Source of the DNA: Scyliorhinus canicula
Taxonomy: Eukaryota
NCBI RefSeq assembly: GCF_902713615.1
Contig: NC_052158.1
Location: forward strand, 42,743,159-42,807,158
Length of the DNA stretch: 64,000 nucleotides
Reading direction: 5' to 3'
Under the pieces are notes generated by a model. It made no database searches, had not been told where the DNA came from, and was given only the letters and a program-made list of their open reading frames with translations. Every line of letters starts with the position of its first letter. Position 1 is the stretch's first letter. Both the position numbers and the translations under genes were made by a program. Below are positions 50,112 to 62,781 of this stretch, one piece after another.

Positions 50112-53100
50112 AGAAATGTGTGTTCCACACAACCCGGCTAGCCATCCTCGGCTACGTCATGGACAATGGGGACCTAGGCCCAGACCCCGACCGCATGCGT
50201 CCCCTTAAGGAACTCCCCCTCCCCCGTAGCCTCAAGGCACTCAAACGGTGCTTGGGTTTTTTCTCCTATTACGCCCAGTGGGTCCCCAGATATGCGGACA
50301 AAGCCCGACCACTCATTGAGACCACGGTTTTTCCTCTGACGGCTGAGGCCCAGTCGGCTTTCAGCCGTATCAAGGCCCATATCAACAAGGCCGCCATGCA
50401 CGCGGTGGACAAAGCCATCCCCTTCCAAGTAGAAAGCGACGCATCAGACGTCGCCCTGGCTGCTACCCTCAATCAGGCAGGCAGGCCAGTAGCGTTCTCC
50501 TGAACCCTCACCGCCTCGGAAATTCAGCATTCTGCAGTCGAGAAGGAGGCACAAGCCATAGTGGAGGCCGTGCGACACTGGAGGCACTACCTAGCCGGTA
50601 GGAGGTTCACCCTCATCACCGACCAACGGTCAGTCGTCTTTATGTTCGATAACGCACAACGGGGCAAAATAAAGAACGACAAGATTCTGAGGTGGAGAAT
50701 AGAGCTCTCCACCTATACGTACGATATTAAATATCGCCCGGGGAAGTTCAACGAGTCCCCAGATGCCCTGTCCCGCGGCACGTGCACCAACGCGTAAAAC
50801 GACCGCCTGTGAGCCATCCACAATGACCTCTGCCACCCTGGGGTCACTCGGCTTGCCCATTTCATCAAGTCCCGCAACCTACCCTACTCCACAGAGGAGG
50901 TCAAGGCCATGACTAAGGCATGCCAGATCTGTGCGGAATGCAAACCGCAATTCTATCGACCAGACAAGGCCCGCCTGATAAAGGCCTCTGGGCCCTTTGA
51001 GCGACTAAGTGTGGATTTCAAAGGGCCCCTCCCATCCACCAACCGCAACATCTATTTCCTCACCGTCATCGATAAGTTCTCCCGCTTCCCTTTTGCTGTC
51101 CCCTGCCTCGATACTACCTCGGCCTCCGTGATCAAGGCACTGCGCAGCATCTTCACACTGTGTGGTTTCCCCGCTTATATTCACAGCGACCGGGGTACAT
51201 CGTTCATGAGCGATGAGCTGCGTCGGTACCTGCTCAGCAAGGGCATCGCCTCGAGCAGGACGACGAGCTATAACCCGCGGGGAAACGGGCAAGTGGAGAG
51301 GGAGAACGTGACAGTCTGGAAGGCTGTCCTCCTAGCCCTACGGTCAAGGAGTCTCCCTATCGCCCGCTGGCAGGAGGTCCTACCCGATGCCCTACATTCC
51401 ATTAGGTCACTCCTCTGTACGTCCACGAACGAGACCCCTCACAATCGTTTGTTTGTCTTCCCCAGGAAGTCCACCTCTGGGGTCTTGCTTCCACGTTGGC
51501 TGACGACTCCGGGACCAGTTCTCCTCCGGAGACACGTGAGGAGCCATAAGACAGATCCGCTAGTCGGGAGGGTCCAACTGCTACACTCAAACCCTCACTA
51601 AGCCTACGTCGAGTACCCCGACGGCAGGCAGGATACCGTTTCCCTGCGAGACCTGGTACCCGCTGGCTCTCCCACCGACGCCCCTCCTTCTACCGACGCT
51701 CCCCTCCCCGCACCGGCTGTCGACCCTAACAGCGCCCCCCCCATAGCGCCCCTTGCCCCCAGATGGCACTGGCACCAACCACCCTAGTCACCCCGGATAA
51801 CCCCCTCTCCAGCTCCAACGTGGGCAAAGGCTCAGTCAACCGTGCTCCCGGATATACCACCACCGAGGATGACCGTATCCACGGCACCACCACCGGAGCT
51901 GAGAAGGTCAACACGGACAATCAGACCACCCAAAAGACTGAACTTGCAATTCCACTTCACTCTCGATGGACTATGCGTTTCTTTTTTAAAAACAGGGGGT
52001 TAATGTGATGCATGGTATCTGTATAACTGTACCTTACCTTTAATGCGATGGCCCCTTTAAGACCGGGCTTGGAACACTGGGGGACTCCGCCTCTGGCTCT
52101 GCCCCCAGGAAACAGTATATAAGGTTACGCTTAGTGGGCAGCGTGCTGTGAGCACACTTCTCGGCAGCTGTCTGGTTCTCTGGTAATTAAAGCCTTTGAA
52201 TTACCAATCTTCTGTCCTGAGGTGTAATTGAGGGTATCTCAGTGATACTTGATAGCCCTTCTCTCTTTTACCGCTCTTGTCTCCAAAACGAAGCAATATT
52301 CTCCCGCGTAAAGCGGTTGCTCTGGCAGTGATCTACTGTTGGCTGGACAAGGGAGAGAATGTTTATTGTGAGAACACTGCGTTATCAAAGTCTCATTCTG
52401 GGGGCTCTTCATCACTGCCCCTGCTGCTGCTTCTGCAGTTCGTTCTCTGATACAAACTTGTCAGCATCCGATGGACCATGAAAAAGTACTCCCTGCCTTT
52501 GTAAGTGACCCAGAGCTTGGCTGGGTCCAGCATTCCGAATCTCACAGTGTCTCTGTACAGTGCGGCCTTCGCTTTGTTAAATTCAGCCCGGTGCTTGGCC
52601 AGGTCAGCCCCAATGTCCTGATAGATGGGTTGTAGTTTTTGGACTGCCTGGTCCAGTGCAGGATTCTTTCCCGGTTCTGGTACCGGTACATTTTGGCAAT
52701 TATTGCCCCCGGTTTTGGGCTCTGGTCGGAGTGACCAATGGGATCTGTTGAATTCTGGTGGGTTGGGAAGCTGTCCCTTACCACCAGGCTACCCAGCATT
52801 TGAAGCAACGTAGTCTGTCGGGTTCCTACCTTCAATCCCGTCCGTAAGGCCCACAATCCGTAGGTTCTGCCGCCTCGGCCGGTTCTCCTGATCCTCAACC
52901 TTTCCTCTCAGGTTGCCTTGTTTAGCTACCAACCTTGCCACCTACTTTCCAAGGGCGAGGATCTGGTCCCTCCCTTCTGGCCCTATCCAGATCTTTGATC
53001 ATTGCCACCTTGGCCTCCAGTCGCTTTTCGGCTTTGTCCAGGGCCACCTGCATGTTCGCCAGAGCTTCAGCCACCCCACCCTTCACCTCAGCTTGTGTGT

Positions 53101-53840
53101 CTGCTTTTGTCTCATCCCGGTGTTCCTTCAACTCTCTTGAGAGGAACATCCTCCATCCATCCCCTGGTGAGGGGGAGCTTCTCGTGCAGTAGTTTGGTTC
53201 CTCTCGCTCCGGAGAATTCCGAGTTTCACCGTCTGGTGCGTCGGACGGTTCAGCCGTTTGCTGTCTGTCCAAACTCTTCTCACTCCTGGTCTCCATCCAT
53301 CCTCTGGACTGGCTGTTGTTCGGCATCCTTCCTTCTTTCTTCATTTTGTTAGTGGCACGGGGATGATTTGTATAGCTTGCAGGTGTTTTTCGAGCAAAAT
53401 GTCCCTATTTTTTAGATTTGCAGGAGGAGAGCCACCTGGTATGTAACTTCTCAGCACGTCCCCAACACAGGAAGTCGCAGGACATCCCACCTGGCCTCCC
53501 TAGGTCTGCGTCTCAGACTCCTGGGGCTGGTCCCCTGGGCACCATTGTTGCAAGCTGGCGCTGGGGTTGGTAAGTACAGCTTAAGTGCTGCTCGACCTTG
53601 TTAGCAGGAGGCTGGCAAGCGGCGTGCCAGCGAATCAGACGGCCAGCCTTAATTTTCAGCGAAAAGCAGTTGAGACCTTGTTAAATGGACCAATTAATAT
53701 TGAATAACATTACCGGCATCGCTGGGCCGAACGCCGGGAAACCAACGGAAGTTCCCATTCGCTACCACACTTAGAAATCTTTGCAGAGAATCATGCCCAA
53801 TATCCCTCTGTGAGACTCTTCACCATTCTGGCCCAGAGGA

Positions 53841-56800
53841 TGTAGTAGTGATCTCTGTGTGTGCACGTACACAAAGGGTTAATGTGTAATCTGTAACACC
53901 ACATGATCACTAGAGGGCCGGACCAACAGGGGTATAAAAGGCAGCCACATTGGGTCTCTCGCTCTCTCTTGGGTGCACTGTGATCAAAGCAACAGCAAAC
54001 TAGTTTAGATGGCCAGTGGAGTTATGTACAGTGACCATAGTTAGATCTTGTTAACCTTATCACTAGTATCAAAGTTAAAGTAGAGAACTCATGTGAATAT
54101 AGTTGTAGTTACTCAATAAACCTTTTGTTACTACTGGAAGAGTTTGAATCTTCTTCATCGGGATTCAGAATACCTCATCACCAACCAAGGATTGAGTAGC
54201 ATATGTTACCTACCACACAGGTAACAAAACATGGTACCAGGCAAGTGGCTTTAACATAACTAGTTAGATTAGGTTGGACAAAAAGAGAAGAAAAAGAGAA
54301 GACTGGACATTCGACTGTGGAAGACTTTGCAGCAAATGGATCCTCGACGACTAACTATGGGACTCATTGGACGTCTAGGGCAGCTGGAAACAACCGGTAA
54401 TTGAAGTTATGACTGGAAAAGATTTGAACAGATATTCCAAATATTTATGGCAGCTAATGGTTTAAACACAGTCTCTAACAATGAAAATAGCCCTACTACT
54501 CTCAATAGGAGGGCATGAAGCGAGAGAAATCTATAATTGCTTTAATTACTTAGAAGGTGAAGACGACACCGAAATAGAAGTAATACTCAAAAAATTTGAT
54601 AAACACTGTTAGAGTCCGTCTGGTGAGATGCTGGAAAGATTTAACTCTTGTCATAAATGCCACAGAAACGAAGGGCCCATCACTGATTTTATTACAAATC
54701 TCAAGTTAATACCACAAGGCTGTGATTATGCTGATTTCAGAGACACTATGATAATGGATCAATTAATTTCTGGACTATCTGATACAAATTTGAGGGAAGA
54801 ACTTTCACAAAATAAGCATCTAACTCTAGAAACCGCTATACAAAATTGCCTTGCTCATGAACAAAACCAAAATCAATACTGTGAGTCTTTACAAACACAG
54901 ATTCAGTGTCTAGAAAACAAAATCGGTAAAAGAAGCTCCAAAACTTACCACAAGGCAGAGGCAGGATCTCACTCGATGCAACAGCTCTTTTTGATTGGCA
55001 GCCATCTTGATAAAGGAGCCACACATGCGCATTTCTCTAAAAGACGCAAACCGGCAAACAGTGTTCTGCGCATGCGCAGGAAGCCGTGCATGCGTAGTTG
55101 CAGAAAGAGCGCATAGTACAAGAACCTTGGCATGTGCATGCGCAATCGAGTCCTATGCATGACGTCACGAGCATCATGATATCATAGGACCAGGACCACG
55201 CCCACGTAAAAGGGAAATGCACAAAAATGAACAAAGAAATTTAAAGCTGCAAAACCCAATTTTCTTACCTCAAAAGACAGAACAATGCCCGAACTTACAT
55301 GAGCAGTTGAAAATAACTTTCACAATACCCTGGAACAAGCAGCCTGCATCACCCAAGGTGAAGAGCACAGTGAAAAATCCGAAACCAAAGAAGGTGATTT
55401 GTTCATTGAAAATGATGAGAACTAGAACAACTTTGAAACAAAACGGGATGATTTGTCTGTCAAACAATACACATAATACTGCTCAGACATGGCTGAGTTA
55501 TTCGGATATGCTGATCACAGCATCAGCAACACAGTTGAAAAGCTCAACACTATTCTTCTCATGGTAGATGAATCCAATACCATGGTGCCATGGCAGATCG
55601 TCGATGCATTGAATGACAGCAATACCCAAGACAAAGATGATGCCACACAGAGAGCACAGACCAACTCAGTTGAAAGAGCACAGATCGACTCTACAGTGAG
55701 AACATTGCATTACTCCACAAAGAGAGCGATGACAGACTACACAGAGAGGGCGATGACAGGCTCCACAAAGAGAGCGACACAAGCCTCTACAAAGAGAGCG
55801 ACACAAGCCTCTACAAAGAGAGCGACACAAGCCTCCACAAAGAGAGTGACGCAAGCCTCCACAGACAGTTCGGTGACAGACTCAAAAATGGAAGCAAGCA
55901 AACTCCATAGCGAACGCCATGCATGAAGATGACGATGGAAGCCTACACAGCTCATTTAACCAACAAGAAGACACTGAATGGCTACCCACTGAATGTGAGA
56001 CAAGTGACGAAGAAATCACAATTCCCATACAGGATGTGCAGGATCACAGTGAGACTGGCCTATCTCAGCTTGTCTGCACAGAAACACTCAACAGAGGAGG
56101 GCTACTCATGAGTCCAGAGAGACCACATCAAATGAAATCGTGAAGATTTTGACTCCAGAAGAGGAGCACCAAGAATCCAGAGAGACCATGTCAATAGAAA
56201 TCCTGAAGATTTTGACTCCAGAAGAGGAGAACCAAGAAACCAAACGTGATTTAAATGAACCAGAAATAACTCCAGAAAAGGAGCACAAAGAGATCACAGA
56301 TGATTCAAGTGAACCAGAAATGACTCTAGAAGAGGTGTACCAAGGAAGCAAAGAAGAAGAATCAAATCCACCACAAATGACTGATATCACCAACATCAAT
56401 GCAACATTAGAGCATTCTCACAATTTTCAAGAAGAAACAGTCAATGTCACAGATACCACAAAGGACACTGACACCAATAACTGTGACAATGACTCAAATC
56501 ATCCACATGGCACACTCATTGAGCGTAACAAAAACAAAAACTGCAAGAAGCACAGCAGAAACAAGAAAAACAACAAGAACAATAGCAAAAACAACAAAAA
56601 CAGAAACAACAAGCACGACAAAAACAATAAGAATGACAACAACGACCAAGACAGAAATGACAACAATGAAACAATGACCTGTACAATATGGTACAACTCT
56701 GCACCTGAAGGACAATGCCACAGCACACTGCAAAACAATGACAAAAGTACAAACATGTCATGGCATGACAACAAAACTCACAAATTCACATTTGCCCCAC

Positions 56801-57250
56801 AACAAACAAGCAAACCTGCTGTCAAGAAAGATGACAGACAGAATCAACACCACAAACACAGGAAAAAGTCCAGGTCAGACAACAAAGATGTAACACAGAA
56901 TCGCTACCACAAGCATAGAAAAAAAAAGCAAGCATAAATCAGACAACGAAGTGATTTGACCATTCAAACACCTCATTGATGACTTCTTGGTTACTTAAAC
57001 ACAGGGACACTGACGACGGTCACATAGAAATAACAACATCAACATCACCACTTCAACAACAGAAGAAGAAAGCAACTCAACCGAACAAACTCATAAAGTA
57101 TGGGCTCACAAATTTTTGCTATTTGTTAAGATTGGACTCAAGTATTGATTGGCTTTGTATCATCATCAAAATCATCACAACTTGTACGTAACATAATTTT
57201 GCCTACCTGTTTCACACCAGCGAAAATAACCTAAGAGACTAAATGTGTGA
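53841..57250 (+). mobile_element. Gypsy element E: LTR 53841-54231, tRNA-Leu PBS, decayed gag, with pol replaced by low-complexity sequence
   Basis: TG...CA LTR, TGGTACCAGG at 54232-54241 and gag motifs (LETTGN...W..F, DQLISG, LTLETAI). No PR, RT or IN motifs downstream. Confidence 0.8.
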
Positions 57251-57255
57251 ACATT

Positions 57256-60170
57256 TAGAACATAGAACATAGAAAAATATAGCACAGAACAGGCCCTTCG
57301 GCCCACGATGATGTGCCGAACTTTTGTCTTAGATTAAGAACAAATTAATCTACACCCTATCATTCTACCGTAATACATGTACCTATCCAATAGCCGCTTG
57401 AAGGTCCCTAATGCTTCCGTCTCGACTACTTCCACAGGCAATGCATTCCATGCCCCCACTACTCTCTGGGTAAAGAACCTACCTCTGACATCCCCCCCTA
57501 TATCTTCCACCATTCACCTTAAATTTATGTCCCCTTGTAATGGTTTGTTCCATCCGGGGGAAAAAGTTTCTGACTGTCTACTCTATCTATTCCCTTGATC
57601 ATCTTATAAACCTCTATCAAGTCACCCCTCATCCTTCTCCATTCTAATGAGAAAAGGCCTAGCACCCTCAACCTTTCCTCGTAAGACCTACTCTCCATTC
57701 CAGGCAACATCCTGGTAAATCTCCTTTCCACCTTTTCCAAAGCTTCCACATCCTTCCTAACATGAGGCGACCAGAACTGCACACAGTACTCCAAATGTGG
57801 CCTGACCAAGATTTTGGCCAGTTGCATCATCACCTCACGGCTCTTAAATTCAATCCCTCCCCTAATGAACGTAAGCACACCATAGGCCTTCTTCACAGCT
57901 CTATCCACTTGAGTGGCAACTTTCAAAGATCTATGAACATAGACCCCAACATCTCTCTGCTCCTCCACATTACCAGAACCCTACCGTTAACCCTGTATTC
58001 CTTCCAAAATGGACAACCTCACACTTGTCAGGGTTAAACTCCATCTGCCACTTCTCAGCCCAGCTCTGCATCCTATCTATGTCTCTTTGCAGCCGACAAC
58101 AGCCCTCCTCACTATCCACAATTTCACCAATCTTCGTATCATCTGCAGATTTACTGACCCACCCTTCAACTCCCTCATCCAAGTCATTAATGAAAATCAC
58201 AAACGGCTGAGGACCCAGAACTGATCCCTGCAGTACGCCACTGGTAACTGGGCTCCAAGCTGAATATTTGCCATCCACCACCATTCTCTGACTTCTATTG
58301 GTTAGCCAGTTCGTTATCCAACTGGCCAAATTTCCCACCATCCCATGCCTCCTTACTTTCTGCATAAGCCTACCATGGGGAACCTTATCAAATGCCGTAC
58401 TAAAATACATGTACACTACATCCACTGCTTTACCTTCATCCATGTGCTTGGCCACCTCCTCAAAGAATTCAATGAGACTTGTAAGGCAAGACCTACCCTT
58501 CACAAATCCGTGCTGACTATCCCTAATCAAGCAGTGTCTTTCCAGATGCTCAGAGATCCTATCCCTCAGTACCCTTTCCATTACTTTGCCTACCACCGAA
58601 GTAAGACTAACTGGCCTGTAATTCCTAGGGTTATCCCTATTCCCTTTTTTGAACAGGGGCACGACATTCGCCACTCTCCAGTCCCCTGGTACCACCCCTG
58701 TTGACAGCAAGGACGAAAAGATCATTGCCAACGGCTCTGCAATTTCATCTCTTGCTTCCCATAGAATCCTTGGAAAATCCCGTCAGGCCCGGGGGAATTG
58801 CCTATCCTCAAGTTTATCAAAATGCCCAACACATCTTCCTTCCTAACAAGTATTTCCTCGAGCTTACCATTCTGTTTCACACTGTCCTCTCCAACAATAT
58901 GGCCCCTCTCATTCGTAAATACTGAAGAAAAATACTCGTTCAAGACCTCGCCGAACTCTTCAGACTCAATACACAATCTCCCGCTACTGTCCTTGATCGG
59001 ACCTACCCTCGCTCTAGTCATGCTCATATTTCTCACATATGTGTAAAAGGTCTTGGGGTTTTCCTTGATCCTACCCGCCAAAGATTTTTCATGCCCTCTC
59101 TTAGCTCTCCTAATCCCTTTCTTCAGTTCCCGCCTGGCTATCTCGTATCCCTCCAGCGTCCTGTCTGAACCTTGTTTCCTCAGCCTTACGCAAGTCTCCT
59201 TCTTCCTCTTAACAAGACATTCAACCTCTCTTGTCAACCATGGTTCCCTCACTCAACCATCTCCTCCCTGCCTGAGAGGGACATACATATCAAAGACACG
59301 CAGTACCTGTTCCTTGAACAAGTTCCACATTTCACTTGTGTCCTTCCCTGACAGCCTATGTTCCCAACTTATGCACTTAAATTCTTGTCTGACAGCATTG
59401 TATTTACCCTTCCCCCAATTGTAAACTTTGCCCTGTTGCACGCACCTATCCCTCTCCATTACTAAAGTGAAAGTCACAGAATTGTGGTCACTACTTCCAA
59501 AATGTTCCCCCGCTAACAAATCTATCACTTGCCCTGGTTCATTACCAAGTACCAAATCCAATATGGCCTCCCCTCTGGTCGGACAATCTACATACTGTGT
59601 TAGAAAAGCTTCCTGGACACACTGCAGAAACACCACCCCATCCAAACTATTTGATCTAAAGAGTTTCCACTCAATGTTTGGGAAGTTGAAGTCACCCATG
59701 ACTACTACTCTGTGACTTCTGCACCTTTCCAAAATCTGTTTCCCAATCTGTTCCTCCACATCTCTGCTGCTATTGGGGGGCCTATAGAAAACTCCCAACA
59801 AGGTGACTGCTCCTTTCCTATTTCTGACTTCAACCCATACTACCTCAGTAGGCAGATCCTCCTCGAACTGCCTTTCTGCAGCTGTTATACTATCTCTAAT
59901 TAACAATGCCACCCCCCCACCTCTTTTACCATCCTCCCTAATCTTATTGAAACATCTATAACCAGGGACCTCCAACAACCATTTCTGCCCATCTTCTATC
60001 CAAGTTTCCGTGATGGCCACCACATCGTAGTCCCAAGTACCGATCCATGCCTTAAGTTCACCCACCTTATTCCTGATGCTTCTTGCGTTGAAGTATACAC
60101 ACTTCAACCCATCTCCTTGCCTGCAAGTACGCTCCTTTGTCAGTGTTACCTTCCCCACTGCCTCACTACA
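57256..60170 (-). mobile_element. CR1 (HER1-like) LINE, 5'-truncated ORF2
   Basis: [21 protein letters not shown] and RPHLEYC motifs. (TTCTATG)n tail at ~57260. Confidence 0.92.
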
Positions 60171-60232
60171 CGCTTTCAGTGAGAAGTGGATATTACAGTA
60201 AATTAGAAAGGGTCTGGGACCGAAAAGTCAAT

Positions 60233-60849
60233 GGGCGGAATTCTCTGCAGGCCGCCGAGATCGTGAAGGCCATCGTGAAACTCGGCCGAGTTTCACGACT
60301 GCCTGGAGGCCGCTCCTCGCCCCCTATTCTCCACTCCTGGCGGGGCTAGGAGCGGCACTCCATGCATCTCAGCCGCGGGGGGCGTCGCGCCGAGTTTTAC
60401 GCGGGCGGCGCACCTAATGACGTCAGCCGTGTATGCGCGGCTGATGTCATTAGGCTGATGGCATGAACCCGCGCAAGATGTGGCGGCTTGATCATGCGGG
60501 GCGGCGGAGGGGAAATGGTGCGTCCGATTTGGACGCTGGCCCGCCGATCGGTTTGCACCGATTGCGGGCCTGTCCCCTCCCGAGCACAGTCACGGGCTCT
60601 TTTCCCAAAAGGCCCCCTGGAAGCCCCAAATGGGCACCTGGCGCCCGTTTCACGATGGCTGCGACCAGGTGCGGTTGGCGCCGTCATGAAACGGTCGTGA
60701 AGGGTCAGCCGCTCGGCCCATCGGGTTCGGAGGAGCGGCGATTTTTCCGAGCGGGGGGGGGGGGGGGAGAATCGCGGGGGGCGGGAAAATTGTCGGAGGG
60801 GCCCTCCCGCGATTCTCCCACATCGCGTAGGGGTCGGAGAATCGCGCCC
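60233..60849. mobile_element. PIF/Harbinger-like MITE
   Basis: TIRs GGGCGGAATTCTC / GAGAATCGCGCCC and 3-bp TSD AAT (60230-60232, 60850-60852). No coding capacity. Confidence 0.75.
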
Positions 60850-61108
60850 AATAAGTAGGGCATGGACCCTCGAGGGTAAAAAGTGCAGCACAGTTGCTTC
60901 AGTGTTCCTCTCACCAGGTGAATGCTGATTTACCCACCCCATCCTGTACTGTATGGTAGCGTTAACCATCTTGTAGTCAGTAAGTGCATTAGTATTGACA
61001 TAAATCCGACTCGCTTTCCGTATCTGCACTGATGAGTAGTGAGTGGAAAAATTAGCAAATAAGACTGGGATCCCTAAAAGTCATGGAAGAAGGAAAGGAT
61101 ATTTAAAC

Positions 61109-62780
61109 TGTAGTGATCTCTGTATGTAGTAATACATGATCAGACTATGTTAAGCTACTACAGACAACTGAACACTAGATGGCCACACTATCAGGACATA
61201 TATAAAGGTTTGCCCGCTCTTTCCTAGTAGAGAATGTGTCTGGAGCGCAGAGAGTACAGAAGAGAGATAGCTAGAGAGAAGAAGTTAATAGATATCAGTA
61301 TTTAGCAATATCTTATTTAACAGTTTAATCTATAGTTATTTGTTTATCTACTAGTTTAGTATTAAGTAAAAATAATTCATGAAATTATTTTATATTACTC
61401 ATTAAATTACTTTATCATCACTGGAAGACTACGTCTATACTTCAACAACTCACCTGACTAAATGAGTAATATATCAATTATAATATCGTAATATAACATG
61501 GTACCAGGTCAGAATAAGTTTTAAGAAAGACAGATAAGTGAAATCAAACAAAGAGGATAAAGTTCCGATACCGAGTATTTGACTGGTGAAGTCATCGCAA
61601 AAGCTGAATCCTCGACTACGGATCGATTTTCGATGGATCAAGTGCAGGCTCCCAGACATCTGAAGACTACCGGTAACCTTAATCTAATTGGAGACTGTTT
61701 AAACAACAATTCCAGCTTTGTCTGAAGCGAGTGGTCTGAATACTGCTTCAGAGGCTAGACAAATCGATTTGCTTCTGTCCCTAGCAGGACAGCAGGCAAC
61801 TGAAATCTACAACTCATTTATTTTTGCTGCAGGCGAAGATAAAACTAAATTTGAACATATAATCACTAAATTCGCTGATCACTGCAGAATGCAAACTAAC
61901 AAAATTTTAGAACGATTCCGGTTTCATAAGCGAATGCAAAAAGTTGGAGAATCTGTTAACAATTTCATAACTGATCTAAAACTCCTAGCTAAGACTTGTA
62001 ATTATGCTGATCTGCATGACTGTCTAGTGAGAGATCAAATCGTCTTTGGTATAACAGATCAATCTTTAAAAGAAGCCTTATTACGTCAAAATGATCTTAC
62101 GTTAAAAATTGCTATTGAAAAATGAATCTCCAGTGAACAAAGTAAAAGTAAATACTTAGAATTTTATCGGAAAGAAAAAAGCGCAAAAGTCCACCACGAG
62201 GCTGAGAAAATAAAAATGGTGTCACAGGCAGCAGAGAAACACGTTCGAGATGGCAGCGATCTTGCGCACGCATTTTCCAACTCGAGACATGCGCACTTCG
62301 CACAGAAATGCGAGGCGCCACAAAAGAGGTCTGCGCATGCGCGAACGTCAATGATGTGTCATGGCAACAGCGTGATGATGTGTTACAGATGTAGGAACGC
62401 CCATTTAAAGGGAAACTGCCCAGGTTTTAATATCGTAATATATTATTAGCTCACCAGGCTAAATCGCTGGCTTTGAAAGCAGACCAAGCAGGCCAGCAGC
62501 ACGGTTTGATTCCCGTACCAGCCTCCCCGGACAGGCGCCGGAATGTGGCGACTAGGGGCTTTTCACAGTAACTTCATTGAAGCCTACTCGTGACAATAAG
62601 CAATTTTCATTTTCATTTTGGAAAACACTGTTTGAGATGTTCAAAGATGAATCATTATGTTTCTCAATGCCACTCTTCCGCAAAGTGTCTCCCCCCTACA
62701 CACAAGAGAAATGACAACGTGAGAATAGATGAAACAAATGAAAAAGTCAATTCACCACAAGATTTAACCCAAGATGATAA
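61109..62780 (+). mobile_element. Gypsy element F: 5' LTR 61109-61498, tRNA-Leu PBS, gag fragment with SINE insertion
   Basis: TGGTACCAGG at 61499-61508. gag MDQVQAPRHLKTTGN...RDQIVFGI...LTLKIAIE and CCHC knuckles. Confidence 0.85.
62446..62617 (+). mobile_element. Family 2 tRNA SINE, slightly 5'-truncated, in Gypsy F gag
   Basis: Near-identical to 11170-11337. Removing it and the filler restores CPGFGKHC. Confidence 0.85.
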
Positions 62781-62781
62781 C

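Larger units (their letters stand above)
47193..52241 (+). mobile_element. Full-length Gypsy element C with both LTRs (47193-47430, 52004-52241)
   Basis: 238-bp LTRs with ~9 differences. TSD GTGGT/GTGAT. gag from ATG 47454 (MDSALKPEKLNLD). PR-RT-RH-IN with stops. Purine tract before the 3' LTR. Confidence 0.95.
44090..53480 (-). mobile_element. Degraded L1 (5' end ~53476, ORF1 from 53344, ORF2 from 46639), interrupted by a solo LTR and Gypsy C
   Basis: 5' GACTTCC, ORF1 and ORF2 remnants homologous to the L1 at 951-8000. The sequence continues across the insertions. Confidence 0.88.

Noticed and set aside
19616-50117. Site-specific targeting of Gypsy pol by the V-SINE
   Set aside because: The three insertion points are different (DHD|ANL, NKE|KCVF, SSF|MSDEL) and share no target motif.
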